Origin: an uncultured Bacteroidaceae bacterium
GTDB taxonomy: Bacteria > Bacteroidota > Bacteroidia > Bacteroidales > Bacteroidaceae
NCBI GenBank assembly: GCA_964470845.1
Contig: CAYYEL010000004.1
Span: 13 to 64,012 of the forward strand
Direction: 5' to 3'
DNA: 64,000 nt
The position numbers were made by a program, and so were the translations under genes. The notes below the pieces were generated by a model. It was not told the DNA's origin. It was given only the letters and a program-made list of their open reading frames with translations, and did not search any database. Shown one piece after another: positions 47,777-58,512 of the stretch (the first letter of the stretch is position 1; every line of letters begins with the position of its first letter).

Positions 47777-48853
47777 TCATTTATAGTCGCCACGGGCAAA
47801 GTTAATGTGGTAGCCTATGGCTGCGAGCTGTTTTTCGAGTGTATCAAGTTCTTGGGCCGACTCGCACCCCCAACTTTTTTTTCCATCGTAGATACTATAT
47901 TTGTTCCGGACGTTACCGGGCGAGAGATTGGGCATAACAACATTAGCACCTGCAAGAATTGCTCGTTCCCTGCCCTTATCGTCTATCGTTGCAAGAGCCG
48001 TTGTAGCCGGAATAAGAGCTTTCGGAAAGCGCAATCGCAACAAAGATACGACAAGAATCGTAAAATCGACCACCCCCCGCGGAAAATGTTCAAACGGAGT
48101 GTTCTTGGCCGGAATAAACGGCCCTACCCCAATCATCTGCGGCTGTAAGTCGTCGAGATACAGAAAATCGTCTATTATATGTTCAATTGTCTGATGCGGC
48201 GAGCCTATCATCATTCCACTACCCGTCTGGAAACCAAGTTCTTTAAGCGTGCGCAGGCACTCTCGGCGATTTTCGGCACTCATATTGCCGGGATGCAGGA
48301 AGGCATAATGCTCGTCGTTGCGCGTCTCGTGTCTGAGCAGATAGCGGTCGGCGCCTGCCTCGCGCATTGCACGATAGCCGTCGGCACTGCGCTCACCCAC
48401 CGACAATGTTACAGCCTTGTCGGGGTAACGCTCTTTTATCGAGCGCACGACATCTGCAATCCAAGCATCATCCTGCCGAGCATCCTCGCCTCCTTGTAAT
48501 ACAAAAGTATTGAATCCCAATGAGTCGCCCACACAGCAACAGTCAAGAATCTCCTCTTTTGTCAAACGATAGCGCAGCGCCTTGCGGTTACTGCATCTGA
48601 GGCCACAATACAGACAGTTGTTGCGGCAAAATGAGCTTATCTCGATAAGGCCTCGAATAAAAACACCCCGTCCGAAGTTCTCGACAGCCACGCTTGCAGC
48701 CCGACATCTGATAAAATCAGAAGCATCTTTATTATCGGCCGAAGCAAGCAACAAATGCCACTCGGAACGCTCCATAGGCTCTCCGGAAAGCAGTTTTTCT
48801 ATTATACTATATAGTTTTTTCAAAATAGTGCTACATAAAAAAGGAGTGAGCAA
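47777..48853 (-). CDS. hydE: [FeFe]-hydrogenase maturase HydE (radical SAM)
   Basis: 358 aa with the radical-SAM motif CRNNCLYC and a BioB-like fold. The start codon is uncertain. Confidence 0.85.
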   Translation of the reverse strand: MLTPFLCSTILKKLYSIIEKLLSGEPMERSEWHLLLASADNKDASDFIRCRAASVAVENFGRGVFIRGLIEISSFCRNNCLYCGLRCSNRKALRYRLTKEEILDCCCVGDSLGFNTFVLQGGEDARQDDAWIADVVRSIKERYPDKAVTLSVGERSADGYRAMREAGADRYLLRHETRNDEHYAFLHPGNMSAENRRECLRTLKELGFQTGSGMMIGSPHQTIEHIIDDFLYLDDLQPQMIGVGPFIPAKNTPFEHFPRGVVDFTILVVSLLRLRFPKALIPATTALATIDDKGRERAILAGANVVMPNLSPGNVRNKYSIYDGKKSWGCESAQELDTLEKQLAAIGYHINFARGDYK

Positions 48854-49043
48854 TACTCACACCTTGCAAAAGTACAAAATTGCAATCAACGCACAAAGAA
48901 GCAACCCGAAAAAAACCTCACACAACTTTGTGTCGGACACATTATCTCACAAACTGAATCACAAAAACAGCCCATAGAGCAATATTATAATGTAGAAACG
49001 ATAAAATAAACATTCTTTTAATATATTTTATATATTTTTTCAT

Positions 49044-49051
49044 TATCTTTG
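49044..49051 (+). promoter_or_regulatory. -7 box TAtcTTTG for the hydrogenase gene
   Basis: Exact match 59 nt upstream of the ATG at 49110. Confidence 0.5.
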
Positions 49052-49109
49052 CCCTATCGCGAAAAAAAATTAGAACCGACACCAATAAAAACCAAAGAAG
49101 AACAAAACT

Positions 49110-50549
49110 ATGGCATACAACAACAATGTTATGTTTGTAAGATACCAACTTCTTGCAAGATTGGTAAAAATGTGGAAAAAGGATGAGCTTTTGGGTAACA
49201 TCGACAAAATGCTTATGGAGATGTACCCCCGCAAGCGCAGTCCCAAAGGCCGTTGCTGCATCTACAAAGAGCGTGCAGTAATGAAATACAAGACAATGGC
49301 AATGCTGGGCTTTGATATGAGCGACGAGGTTGACGAGGGCGAGCGTCTGAGCAGCTACGTACAACGTATGCTCGACCGTGATATGCCCGACAACGAGCGC
49401 GGAATACTCAGTGTAATGGACGAGGCCTGCTCGTCGTGTGTAAAAATAAACTACGAGATTACCCATCTGTGTCGCGGTTGCGTTGCACGTCCCTGTTACA
49501 CCAACTGCCCCAAGGATGCTATCACATACGACCGCGAGGGCAAGGCGCACATCGACCACGAGAAATGTATCAGCTGCGGAAAGTGCCATCAAGCCTGCCC
49601 CTATCACGCAATTGTATATATGCCTGTTCCCTGCGAAGAGGCCTGCCCCGTAAAGGCAATCTCGAAAGACGAATATGGCATTGAGCACATCGACCCCGAC
49701 AAATGTATCTACTGCGGTAAGTGCCTAAACGCCTGCCCCTTTGGAGCAATTTTCGACCAATGCACTGTATTCGACGTACTCAAGCGCATAAAAGCCGGTA
49801 AGAAAGTCATTGCAATGGTAGCCCCCGCCGTGCTTGCACAGTTTGGCAAGCCCATTGAGCAAGTATATGGTGCGTTCAAGGCGCTTGGTTTTACCGACGT
49901 AATTGAGGTTGCCGTTGGTGCCGAGGAGACCACACGTCGCGAGTCGGCCGAGTTTGTCGAGCGTATGGAAGAGGGTGAGCCCTTTATGACAACAAGCTGT
50001 TGCCCTGCATACGTCAACCTTGCACGCAAACACATACCCGACCTTATCAAATACGTATCGACAACCGCATCACCTATGGTATATACCTCGCAATACGCAC
50101 GCGAGAAACACCCCAACGGCATAAATGTATTTATTGCCCCCTGCGCATCTAAAAAAGCCGAGTGCCGCGAGTATGACACAGTTGACTTTGTACTGACCTT
50201 CCGCGAGGTAGAGGCCGTGCTCGAAGGAATGGATATAAGCATCGACAATTGTCAGCCCTACACACCCGACGAGACTGCGGGCAAAGATGCTCACGGATTC
50301 GCAAAGACCGGTGGTGTGTTCACAGCCGTACAGAACCATCTGGATGCAAAAGACCTTCAAGGCCTTGTAATTGCCGACATTAACAAAAAGAACATCGCCC
50401 TGCTGAAAGCCTACGCCAAGACAGGCAAATGCCCCGGCAAGATGGTCGAAGTAATGTCGTGCCCCGGCGGCTGTATAACAGGCCCGTGCGCCTGCTCCGA
50501 GAACGGCGAGGCCAACCGCCGCTTCGACGCCGAGATTAAGAAAAAATAA
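49110..50549 (+). CDS. hydA: [FeFe]-hydrogenase catalytic subunit with N-terminal extension and two ferredoxin-type 4Fe-4S motifs
   Basis: 479 aa. The Cys motifs are CRGCVARPCYTNCP, CISCGKCHQACP and CIYCGKCLNACP. The H-cluster motifs are TSCCPAY (L1), APCASKKAE (L2) and EVMSCPGGCITGP (L3). Confidence 0.85.
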   Translation: MAYNNNVMFVRYQLLARLVKMWKKDELLGNIDKMLMEMYPRKRSPKGRCCIYKERAVMKYKTMAMLGFDMSDEVDEGERLSSYVQRMLDRDMPDNERGILSVMDEACSSCVKINYEITHLCRGCVARPCYTNCPKDAITYDREGKAHIDHEKCISCGKCHQACPYHAIVYMPVPCEEACPVKAISKDEYGIEHIDPDKCIYCGKCLNACPFGAIFDQCTVFDVLKRIKAGKKVIAMVAPAVLAQFGKPIEQVYGAFKALGFTDVIEVAVGAEETTRRESAEFVERMEEGEPFMTTSCCPAYVNLARKHIPDLIKYVSTTASPMVYTSQYAREKHPNGINVFIAPCASKKAECREYDTVDFVLTFREVEAVLEGMDISIDNCQPYTPDETAGKDAHGFAKTGGVFTAVQNHLDAKDLQGLVIADINKKNIALLKAYAKTGKCPGKMVEVMSCPGGCITGPCACSENGEANRRFDAEIKKK

Positions 50550-50570
50550 ATATTTACATAAAAAACAGCA

Positions 50571-50605
50571 AAATAGGATGTGCCATATAACAGCACATCC
50601 TATTT
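50571..50605 (+). terminator. Intrinsic terminator after hydA
   Basis: aaataggatgtgc / gcacatcctattt, a 13-bp stem. Confidence 0.7.
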
Positions 50606-50757
50606 ACATTTAAACGCCCAATAACATAATAATAATGCCATTATAATATATAATCCACCAACAAAGGGCTAATATTTGGACAAAAAAAAATATTTGACTA
50701 TCTTCGCACAAATAAACCAACACCTAAACGTCTCGACACATAAAGCATATACTTTAA

Positions 50758-51714
50758 ATGATTGAACGACACATAATTCTCGAAGGCATAGACCCCGCAT
50801 CGTTCTATGGGGCAAACAACGTACATCTTCAGATGCTGAAAAAACTGCATCCGAAACTGCGTATAGTGGCACGCGACAACATAATAAAAGTAATGGGCGA
50901 CGACGAAGAGATTGAGCGTTTCAACAAAGTAGTCGAGCTATTGAGCCTGCACTGTACAAAATACAACAGCATAAACGAAGAGGCCATAATAGACGCAGTC
51001 AACGGCAAGCGTACAGACAAGGGCACCGACAGCAATGTAATTGTATATAATGTAAACGGACGTCCAATATACCCACGCAGCGAGAATCAGTGTCGCTTGG
51101 TACAGGAATTCTCAAAAAACGATATGCTGTTTGCCGTGGGCCCCGCCGGTTCGGGAAAGACCTACACTGCAATTGCGCTTGCAGTGCGTGCACTGAAGAA
51201 CCGCGAGGTAAGAAAAATAATCCTTAGTCGTCCGGCCGTCGAAGCAGGCGAAAAGCTCGGCTTTCTGCCCGGAGATATGCGCGAAAAGATAGACCCCTAT
51301 CTGCAACCACTGTACGACGCCCTCGAAGATATGATTCCTATGGCCAAGCTCAAAGAGTATATGGACACAAATGTAATTCAGATAGCCCCGTTGGCCTTTA
51401 TGCGCGGTCGCACACTGAACGACGCAATCGTAATCCTCGACGAGGCACAGAACACGACCCCTCAGCAGATAAAAATGTTCCTCACCCGAATGGGCAGTAA
51501 CACAAAAATGATAATCACGGGCGACCTTACACAAATTGACCTTCCGCAGCGTCAGGCATCGGGACTTATTCAAGCGTTACACATTCTTAAAGATGTACCG
51601 GGAATAGGATTCATCACACTTGGCAAAAAAGACATTGTACGCCACAAATTAGTAACAAGAATAGTCGAGGCCTATGATGCCTATGACAAAGAGAAAGAAA
51701 ATAATAATAATTAA
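50758..51714 (+). CDS. phoH: PhoH family ATPase
   Basis: 318 aa with Walker [10 protein letters not shown] and the ILDEAQN box. Confidence 0.9.
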   Translation: MIERHIILEGIDPASFYGANNVHLQMLKKLHPKLRIVARDNIIKVMGDDEEIERFNKVVELLSLHCTKYNSINEEAIIDAVNGKRTDKGTDSNVIVYNVNGRPIYPRSENQCRLVQEFSKNDMLFAVGPAGSGKTYTAIALAVRALKNREVRKIILSRPAVEAGEKLGFLPGDMREKIDPYLQPLYDALEDMIPMAKLKEYMDTNVIQIAPLAFMRGRTLNDAIVILDEAQNTTPQQIKMFLTRMGSNTKMIITGDLTQIDLPQRQASGLIQALHILKDVPGIGFITLGKKDIVRHKLVTRIVEAYDAYDKEKENNNN

Positions 51715-51727
51715 AATAGATACAACA

Positions 51728-52669
51728 ATGGCAAAAGCATTAACAAACACCGAGTTTAAATTCGAGAAACAAAAGAGCGTATATCACGGCAAAGTGCGCG
51801 ACGTATATGACATTGACGACGACAAGCTGGTAATGGTTGCAACCGACCGTATCTCGGCATTTGACGTTGTACTGCCCAAAGGAATTCCCTTCAAGGGTCA
51901 GGTGCTCAACCAGATAGCAGCAACATTCCTTGATGCAACAGCCGACATTGTCCCCAACTGGAAGCTGGCAACTCCCGACCCTATGGTAACAGTGGGCCTT
52001 AAATGCGAAGGATTCCGCGTCGAGATGATTATCCGCGGTTATCTCACCGGCAGCGCTTGGCGCGAATATAAGAACGGTTGCCGCAACCTATGCGGAGTAA
52101 CACTGCCCGAGGGAATGCGCGAGAACGAGAAATTCCCCACCCCCATCATCACCCCCACAACAAAAGCCGATACAGGGCACGACGAGAATATCTCAAAAGA
52201 GGAGATTATTGCACAAGGCATCGTAAGCCGCGAGGACTACGAGCAGTTAGAGAAATACACCTATGCACTCTTTGAGCGCGGCAGCAAGATGGCAGCCGAG
52301 AAAGGGCTCATTCTTGTTGACACAAAATATGAATTTGGAAAAAGAGACGGAAAAATCTACCTTATCGACGAGATTCACACACCCGACTCATCACGTTATT
52401 TCTATGCCGAGGGCTACAACGAGAAATTCGAGAAGGGCGAGCCTCAGAAACAGTTGTCAAAGGAATTTGTTCGTCAGTGGCTCATAGAGAATGGCTTTAT
52501 GGGACGCGAGGGCGAGCAAGTACCCCAAATGAGCGACGAGTATGTCAACAGCGTATCGGAGCGATACATCGAGCTCTACGAGCACATTGTAGGACAACCC
52601 TTCGTAAAGGCAGACACCGAGAATCTGCACGAGCGCATCGAGAAAAACATTGCAGCCTATCTGGGATAA
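51728..52669 (+). CDS. purC: Phosphoribosylaminoimidazole-succinocarboxamide synthase
   Basis: SAICAR synthetase long form ([27 protein letters not shown]). The start was set at MAKALT (51728). Confidence 0.9.
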   Translation: MAKALTNTEFKFEKQKSVYHGKVRDVYDIDDDKLVMVATDRISAFDVVLPKGIPFKGQVLNQIAATFLDATADIVPNWKLATPDPMVTVGLKCEGFRVEMIIRGYLTGSAWREYKNGCRNLCGVTLPEGMRENEKFPTPIITPTTKADTGHDENISKEEIIAQGIVSREDYEQLEKYTYALFERGSKMAAEKGLILVDTKYEFGKRDGKIYLIDEIHTPDSSRYFYAEGYNEKFEKGEPQKQLSKEFVRQWLIENGFMGREGEQVPQMSDEYVNSVSERYIELYEHIVGQPFVKADTENLHERIEKNIAAYLG

Positions 52670-52676
52670 AAAACCA

Positions 52677-53426
52677 ATGAAAAAAGAGTTTGGAATAATA
52701 GGCTACCCCTTGCATCAATCGGCCTCACCTGCATTCTTCAACAAGAAGTTTGCAGATGAGGGCATTGACGCCCGTTACCTCCCATTTGAGATTGCCGACA
52801 TTAACGAGCTTCCACGAATTTTAGACGAGCACAAACAGTTGTGCGGATTCAACGTAACAATACCCTACAAATTAGAGGTAATGAAATTCTTAGAAGCAAT
52901 GAGCGACGAAGCAAAGGGGATTATGGCCGTAAATGTGGTAAAAGTAACACACGACAACGAGGGAAAGGCCCATCTGACAGGATACAATAGCGACGTAATA
53001 GGCTTTACTCGCTCCCTTGAACCGCTGACAAGAGGCAAGCACACAAAGGCCCTTATATTGGGCACAGGAGGCGTTTCAAAAGCCGTAGCCTACTCGTTAC
53101 ACTCGTTGGGCATCGACTATCTCCTTGTATCGCGCACACGAAGCGACAGCACAATCTCGTACAGCGATATAAGCCCCGAGATTATGCACACGCACACACT
53201 TATTATCAATTGCACCCCATTGGGAATGGTGGGCCACGGGATTGACCAATGCCCCGACATCCCCTACACACTATTAACAGACAGACACCTTCTATACGAC
53301 GTTGTCTATAACCCCGAAGAGACACTTTTCCTGAAAAAAGGCGTCGAGCGCGGAGCAGCCACAAAAAGCGGATACGAGATGTGGTATCTGCAAGCGCTTG
53401 CATCGTGGGAAATTTGGAACAGTTAA
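52677..53426 (+). CDS. aroE: Shikimate dehydrogenase
   Basis: FGIIGYPLHQSASP, GFNVTIPYK and NSDVIG motifs. The start was set at MKKEFG (52677). Confidence 0.85.
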   Translation: MKKEFGIIGYPLHQSASPAFFNKKFADEGIDARYLPFEIADINELPRILDEHKQLCGFNVTIPYKLEVMKFLEAMSDEAKGIMAVNVVKVTHDNEGKAHLTGYNSDVIGFTRSLEPLTRGKHTKALILGTGGVSKAVAYSLHSLGIDYLLVSRTRSDSTISYSDISPEIMHTHTLIINCTPLGMVGHGIDQCPDIPYTLLTDRHLLYDVVYNPEETLFLKKGVERGAATKSGYEMWYLQALASWEIWNS

Positions 53427-53432
53427 GAGTAT

Positions 53433-55417
53433 ATGAGCAACAAAAAGAGAGAATCGACAGCGACAATCCTTGGCCTATATGCACAAATATGGCTTTATCA
53501 GTTTTTAGGGCTCATAATTTTTGCCGTGTCACGCACCATCCATCTTTTTTATGGTGGTGCGACAGAAAGCATCGCTGCACACAGCGACAGCCTTCCAATG
53601 TTCCTGTGGAACGCTTGGCGATTCGACACACAGGCGCTCACCTACATATCCCTGCCCGCAATATCAGCCGCGCTCGCAGCTGCGTGGATAGGCAGCAAGG
53701 CCGCGTCGCGGTGCAGCCTCATTATGCGCCGATACTACGCAGTAATGTTAGCGGCATTAGGCGCTCTTGTAACAGCAGAATTTTTCTTTTTCGACAATTT
53801 CGGCAGCCGTTACAACGTGGTGTTTTTCGACTTTTTCGACGAAGGGCCGTGGGGATTGCTTCAGACAATGTGGCAAGATTATCCTTTCCTAAGGATAGTG
53901 CTCTCGATTCTTGCGCTCGGAATTTTCATTTACTTTATCGGCAAATATATATCGCGCATAAGCATAGGCACAAAGCGTTATTTTGGCACTGCAGCAACAA
54001 TTGTCGCCACCGTGGCCATTGCCGGAGTAACATTTATATTTATGCGTGGCTCGGTTACACGCTACACTCTTCAGGTAGAGGCTTTTATGGTGTCAACCGA
54101 CGAGAGAATAAACAACGCTGTGCCCAATGCCATCTATCTATTGAAAAAGGCCTACAAGGAGCGGGCCAATAGTTTTAAATTATACAGCGACGAAAAACTT
54201 CTTGCACGCGAAGGATTCAAAAGCATCGACGAGGCAATAAAAGCAGCGGCACTCCCCATACCAATGGAACAAACGTCGAAAAATGTGAAGCTGCACTCTT
54301 TGCCACAGTACAAAAGAGCGACACTCTGCCCCGCCCCAACGTACTACTCATACTAAGCGAAAGCTGGAGCAATTTCCTCACAACAATGGACAAAGGCGAG
54401 CGTCTCGACCTTTTGTGCTCGCTGCGCCAACATCTGCAACAAGATATTCTTTTGCAGAATTTTCAATCGGTGCGCAACGGCACAATATACTCACTCGAAA
54501 CGGTAACGCTGACTATGCCCTATATGCGATTCTTCAACTCGCGTTACCGCTTCGAGAATTTTCCAAGCTCCATAGCCCATCCCTTTGCACAAGAGGGTTA
54601 CAGCACCACATTCATCACAGGAATGGACCCCACGTGGGAGAATGTTTCAGAGGGATTGCGCTATCAGAATTTCGACACCATAATCGGGCGACAGGATATT
54701 CTGCACAGTATCGAGGGCAGCACCACAAGCGCCATAGGCGTTTATGACGAGTTTCTTATGCAATATCTTTTTGAGCATTTGAGCAACAACGGCAGTGCCC
54801 CGCAATTTATAATTACGCTTACAACAACCAATCACCCGCCTTTCACCTACCCCGAGAATATGCAGCTGCCTCCGCTCACCGACGAGTGGTACAACTCGCC
54901 CTACCTTACAGGCGACAAAGATGTGCTGCGTAAATATGGGCTCGGGGCACAATATGCCAATAAATGCATCGGCGACTTTCTGACACAACTTAAAGCATCG
55001 CCGCTTGCCCAAAATACAATTGTAGTAATCACCGGCGACCATAATGTACGCAGCATACTCGACTACGAGAAAGTACCTGCCGAGCAGCGTTTCGCAGTAC
55101 CCTTGTACATATATCTGCCACCGGCCTACACACCATCGGATAGTTTAAAAGAGAGTATCAGCAAGCGCTACGGCTCGCACTACGACCTACTCTCGACCAT
55201 CGCCCCATTGGCGCTTAGCAGCGGTACACGCTATTTAAATGTGGGACAGAATCTGTTGGATACAACCGCTGTCGATAGCAGTTTTTTCAGTTACAGCGAG
55301 AAGCAATTGTTGACACCGACGGGCGCAGACACCGACTCACTGATGAAAGTGATGAAAGCACGCGAATTACTAATGGAGATTTACTACCAGCTACATTTTC
55401 GCAAGCAAGATAAATAA
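53433..55417 (+). pseudogene. LtaS/sulfatase-family (phosphoglycerol-transferase-like) membrane enzyme split by a 1-nt frameshift in an A5 run
   Basis: ORF 53433-54356 is the polytopic N-terminal domain. ORF 54386-55417 is the sulfatase domain. The second frame is open back to 54179 and there encodes PNVLLILSESWSNF. Adding one A to the run at 54279-54283 joins both parts into an ORF of about 660 aa. Confidence 0.75.
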
Positions 55418-55419
55418 TA

Positions 55420-57114
55420 TCAACTCATTGCGTCGATAAACAATTGCTTGTGCGGTGCATCGGAGCGCGAAATTACACTCTTAAGGCGAGATTTTTTAGT
55501 ATATACGTTACCCACGCTATCCTGCATAAAAATGCTGATGGCCTTGGACGAAAAGCCCGCATAGACAAATACCAAGAAGCGAAGCTCGGGCGTCCCTAAT
55601 TGCGGAAGCTCGGCACGCAGAAGCGACATAATATTGCCCCGATAGTCGTTTACAATAGCTTCGAGACGCTCTACCGAGCGTTTATCTTTCATAAACGCAT
55701 CTATATTCTGACGCACCTGACGGTAGATGGCATCTTTGTCTTTTTTAATCTCGTGTGTCTCGTAGAAAGTACCGCTCAACTCGTCAAGCATTGCAAACTG
55801 CTTCTTGAACAGCGTACCCACCTGTTTGTCCATCTCGGCCAAACGTCGGGTGTGCGCCTCAAGCTGCGACGAAATATCGGCAACCTCGGCATTTTTGGCA
55901 TAGAGCGTTTTTCCAATCTCGTCGGCAAGCTCCATATAACGCTCAATTTCGGCATTTTGAGCAGCCATACGATTCCTTATAAAAAGCAATATTACCACTA
56001 ATAATAGTACAGCTGCAACAAAAATGGCAACTGCCAGACGTTTGGTAGCTGTCAGACGATAAGCGCTAAGCTCGGCCTGCGAACGGTAAAAATCGCGTTG
56101 CGCCAACATTACCGGCTGCTGCAATGCACTACGCATTATTGTGTCGTGTATGTAATGTACATTCTCAAGAACATCGAGCGCCTCGGAGTAGCGGCCGCGC
56201 ATACGGCTGATGTCGTACATCTGTACAAGATTGGCGAGTGTGTCGCTTATGCAGTTTGATTTTTCCCACGCACGGCGTATGAATCTATCGGATGCCTTAT
56301 AATCGCCGGCCAGTGCGTGCATATAAGCAATGGCTCTATCGACCACTAAAGTGCTATCGCAGAGAGCAAAATATTCACTTCCAAGCAACCAATCGGACTT
56401 CGAGGGATAATTGGTTCTGTGATAGAGTATCAACAGATTCTCGATGGTACTTTGGCAAATATCCTTTTGAGCATTGTCGTAGCCCCACTGAAGCTCGTCG
56501 AGCAGATAACGCTCGGCCTCGTTGTATTTTTTCTGCTCCATCAGTGTCTGTGCGACGTTCACAAGTGCTTTGTGCTGCAATTGTCCGGCCTCGGCTACAC
56601 GAAAATAGAGGTGAGCCTTACGATAAGCATCAAGTGCACGTGTGTAGTCGAAAGAGTCGGCAAAAATATCGGCTATTGCCATATACAACAAGCCCGCGCT
56701 TGTGGGGTTTTCTATCTTGTCAATAATATTATCGGCACTCACATAGTTGAGCATAGCCTTTGCATTATACCCGCTACGCTGATATATTCGTCCAAGGGTG
56801 TAGAGCGAAAGAAAATGCAACTCGGCTTTGTCGGATGCAGCATAATGCTGCACCACACGATGCATTGCCGAGTCGCTTGCCGGCGTTGCATCAATGCCGT
56901 CAAGTGCCATTGTGCGCAATAATGTATAGCGTAAATGTTCCTCGCCTGTGAGCTCCGAAGCATTGGGAATACTCGACAAGAGAGTAAGTGCACTATCGGG
57001 TGAGACAGCCACCATTGTCTGTGCTTTTTCGAGCGCTTCGTCGCTCTCTTGGGTGATGCAAGAGACTGTAAAAAGAAGCAACAAGCAGAGTATAATATTT
57101 TTTATGCGTTTCAT
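55420..57114 (-). CDS. TPR-repeat / single-TM / C-terminal HTH regulator (DUF6377-like)
   Basis: 564 aa with a lipoprotein-like signal (FTVSC), TPR-like repeats, a TM (VAIFVAAVLLLVVILLFI), a coiled coil, and a C-terminal LuxR-like HTH (ELRFLVFVYAGFSSKAISIFMQDSVGNVYTKKSRLK). Confidence 0.55.
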   Translation of the reverse strand: MKRIKNIILCLLLLFTVSCITQESDEALEKAQTMVAVSPDSALTLLSSIPNASELTGEEHLRYTLLRTMALDGIDATPASDSAMHRVVQHYAASDKAELHFLSLYTLGRIYQRSGYNAKAMLNYVSADNIIDKIENPTSAGLLYMAIADIFADSFDYTRALDAYRKAHLYFRVAEAGQLQHKALVNVAQTLMEQKKYNEAERYLLDELQWGYDNAQKDICQSTIENLLILYHRTNYPSKSDWLLGSEYFALCDSTLVVDRAIAYMHALAGDYKASDRFIRRAWEKSNCISDTLANLVQMYDISRMRGRYSEALDVLENVHYIHDTIMRSALQQPVMLAQRDFYRSQAELSAYRLTATKRLAVAIFVAAVLLLVVILLFIRNRMAAQNAEIERYMELADEIGKTLYAKNAEVADISSQLEAHTRRLAEMDKQVGTLFKKQFAMLDELSGTFYETHEIKKDKDAIYRQVRQNIDAFMKDKRSVERLEAIVNDYRGNIMSLLRAELPQLGTPELRFLVFVYAGFSSKAISIFMQDSVGNVYTKKSRLKSVISRSDAPHKQLFIDAMS

Positions 57115-57133
57115 TCTTTTTGTTTTTTATCTT

Positions 57134-57225
57134 CAAAAATAGTAACAACGAGCAGGAAACACAATGCTTGCTTTGGTGTTTATCAAAGCGAGTGCAGTGT
57201 ATTTTCGCTGGTTACAGCAAAAATA
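57134..57225 (-). repeat. Single 84-bp unit of the promoter-box/hairpin repeat family bounded by two TAttTTTG boxes
   Basis: caaaaata occurs at 57134-57141 and 57218-57225. The core aaagcgagtgcagtgtattttcgctg lies between them, upstream of the minus-strand regulator gene. Confidence 0.7.
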
Positions 57226-57307
57226 ATCAATTTTGCGAGAATGAGAAAATTATAATCACAAAATAGCAGTTTGCAGCATTCTTATGCAACTTAGCATAGT
57301 GCATATA

Positions 57308-57315
57308 TAATTATT
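57308..57315. repeat. Target-site duplication TAATTATT (left)
   Basis: Identical octamer at 60428-60435, directly outside the transposon inverted repeats. Confidence 0.8.
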
Positions 57316-57341
57316 GGGGGTTATACGTTTCCAAACCTAAA
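57316..57341 (+). repeat. Left terminal inverted repeat GGGGGTTATACGTTTCCAAACCTAAA
   Basis: Matches the reverse complement of 60402-60427 at 24/26 positions. Confidence 0.85.
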
Positions 57342-57383
57342 TAATCTTGCGGGATAAATCAGTTGATTGTCTCGCAAGATTAT
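57341..57383 (+). other. Subterminal hairpin between IRL and the transposase start
   Basis: ataatcttgcggg / ctcgcaagattat (12/13) with a 17-nt loop. Confidence 0.5.
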
Positions 57384-57442
57384 TATTTTGCCAAGCAATT
57401 ATTCTCACCAAAGTTATTAACACCAAATAATCGTTTGGTGTT

Positions 57443-58360
57443 ATGTTTGATTTTATCAATTTGACTCTACAAGAGTTTATCCGTAAATTCAATTGTGAGG
57501 ATGTTTGCTTGAGTTATCTTGAGAAGAGATTTTGGAACAATATCCCAGTATCTCCTTTTGACCCATCCTCAAAAGTATATAACTATGGCAATCATAAGTA
57601 CCGATGTCGAAACACGGGCAAAAACTTTAATGTCAAGACAAATACTTTGTTCCACGGAACGAAAGTACCACTTGACAAATGGTTTTATGCTATCTGGAAG
57701 ATTGCTAATAGCACTAATGGAATATCCTCAGTACAGCTGAGCAAGGAAATAGGTATTAGACAGGCTACAGCTTGGTCTATGCTTCATCGTATTCGTATGT
57801 GTATGAGTACTGAGAATGTCGCTAAAATGAGTGGCGAAGTTGAACTTGACGAAACGTATGTTGGCGGAAAGGAAAAGAGCAAGCATTCAAACAAGAGAAT
57901 TCCACATAATCAAGGCAGAAGTACAAAGACAAGAACGGCTGTATTAGGTATGCTTGAAAGAAACGGCAAAGTCGTATGCCGTGTAATCAAAGGTAGAGTT
58001 ACCAAAAAGAAACTTACCGTACCAATTCTTACTACAATCAAACGCACCGCCACTCTATATACAGACGAATATAGTGGCTATAATCTCGTTGGCAAAGTTT
58101 ATAAGCGTGAGAAAGTAAACCATAGCAAGAAACTATATGTTAAAGGCAAAGCACATACGAATGGTATCGAAGGCTTTTGGTCAACAGTCAAAAGAAGTTT
58201 TGTCGGTGTTTACTACAAGATGAGCCGTAAGTATTTGCATTTGTATATGAACGAATATGTATTCCGTCACAATGTAGCAAAAGAGAATGGATTGAATAGA
58301 TTTAACCATTTCCTTACTCTTGCCAATAGATACGTTCCACTCAAAGAATTAGTTGCATAA
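57443..58360 (+). CDS. IS1595-family (ISXO2-like) transposase
   Basis: 305 aa with an N-terminal zinc-ribbon-like region, VELDETYVGGKEK, YTDEYSGY and HTNGIEGFWSTVKR (the DDE-type ISXO2-like domain pattern). Confidence 0.85.
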   Translation: MFDFINLTLQEFIRKFNCEDVCLSYLEKRFWNNIPVSPFDPSSKVYNYGNHKYRCRNTGKNFNVKTNTLFHGTKVPLDKWFYAIWKIANSTNGISSVQLSKEIGIRQATAWSMLHRIRMCMSTENVAKMSGEVELDETYVGGKEKSKHSNKRIPHNQGRSTKTRTAVLGMLERNGKVVCRVIKGRVTKKKLTVPILTTIKRTATLYTDEYSGYNLVGKVYKREKVNHSKKLYVKGKAHTNGIEGFWSTVKRSFVGVYYKMSRKYLHLYMNEYVFRHNVAKENGLNRFNHFLTLANRYVPLKELVA

Positions 58361-58512
58361 TGAAGACAAACAGAAACAAAAAGTACATTGTACTCACGCC
58401 AGAAGAGGTAGCACAATTTAGAGCATTAGGATGGGAAGGGATTATGAACAAAGCAAAATCCTATAATCCTAATGCAAAGAAAAACATCAAGAAGAATGGC
58501 AGGAAGAAATAA
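58360..58512 (+). CDS. Small basic ORF (50 aa) overlapping the transposase stop (ATAATG)
   Basis: MKTNRNKKYIVLTPEEVAQFRALGWEGIMNKAKSYNPNAKKNIKKNGRKK. It is below the track cutoff and I recognise no homology. Confidence 0.3.
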   Translation: MKTNRNKKYIVLTPEEVAQFRALGWEGIMNKAKSYNPNAKKNIKKNGRKK

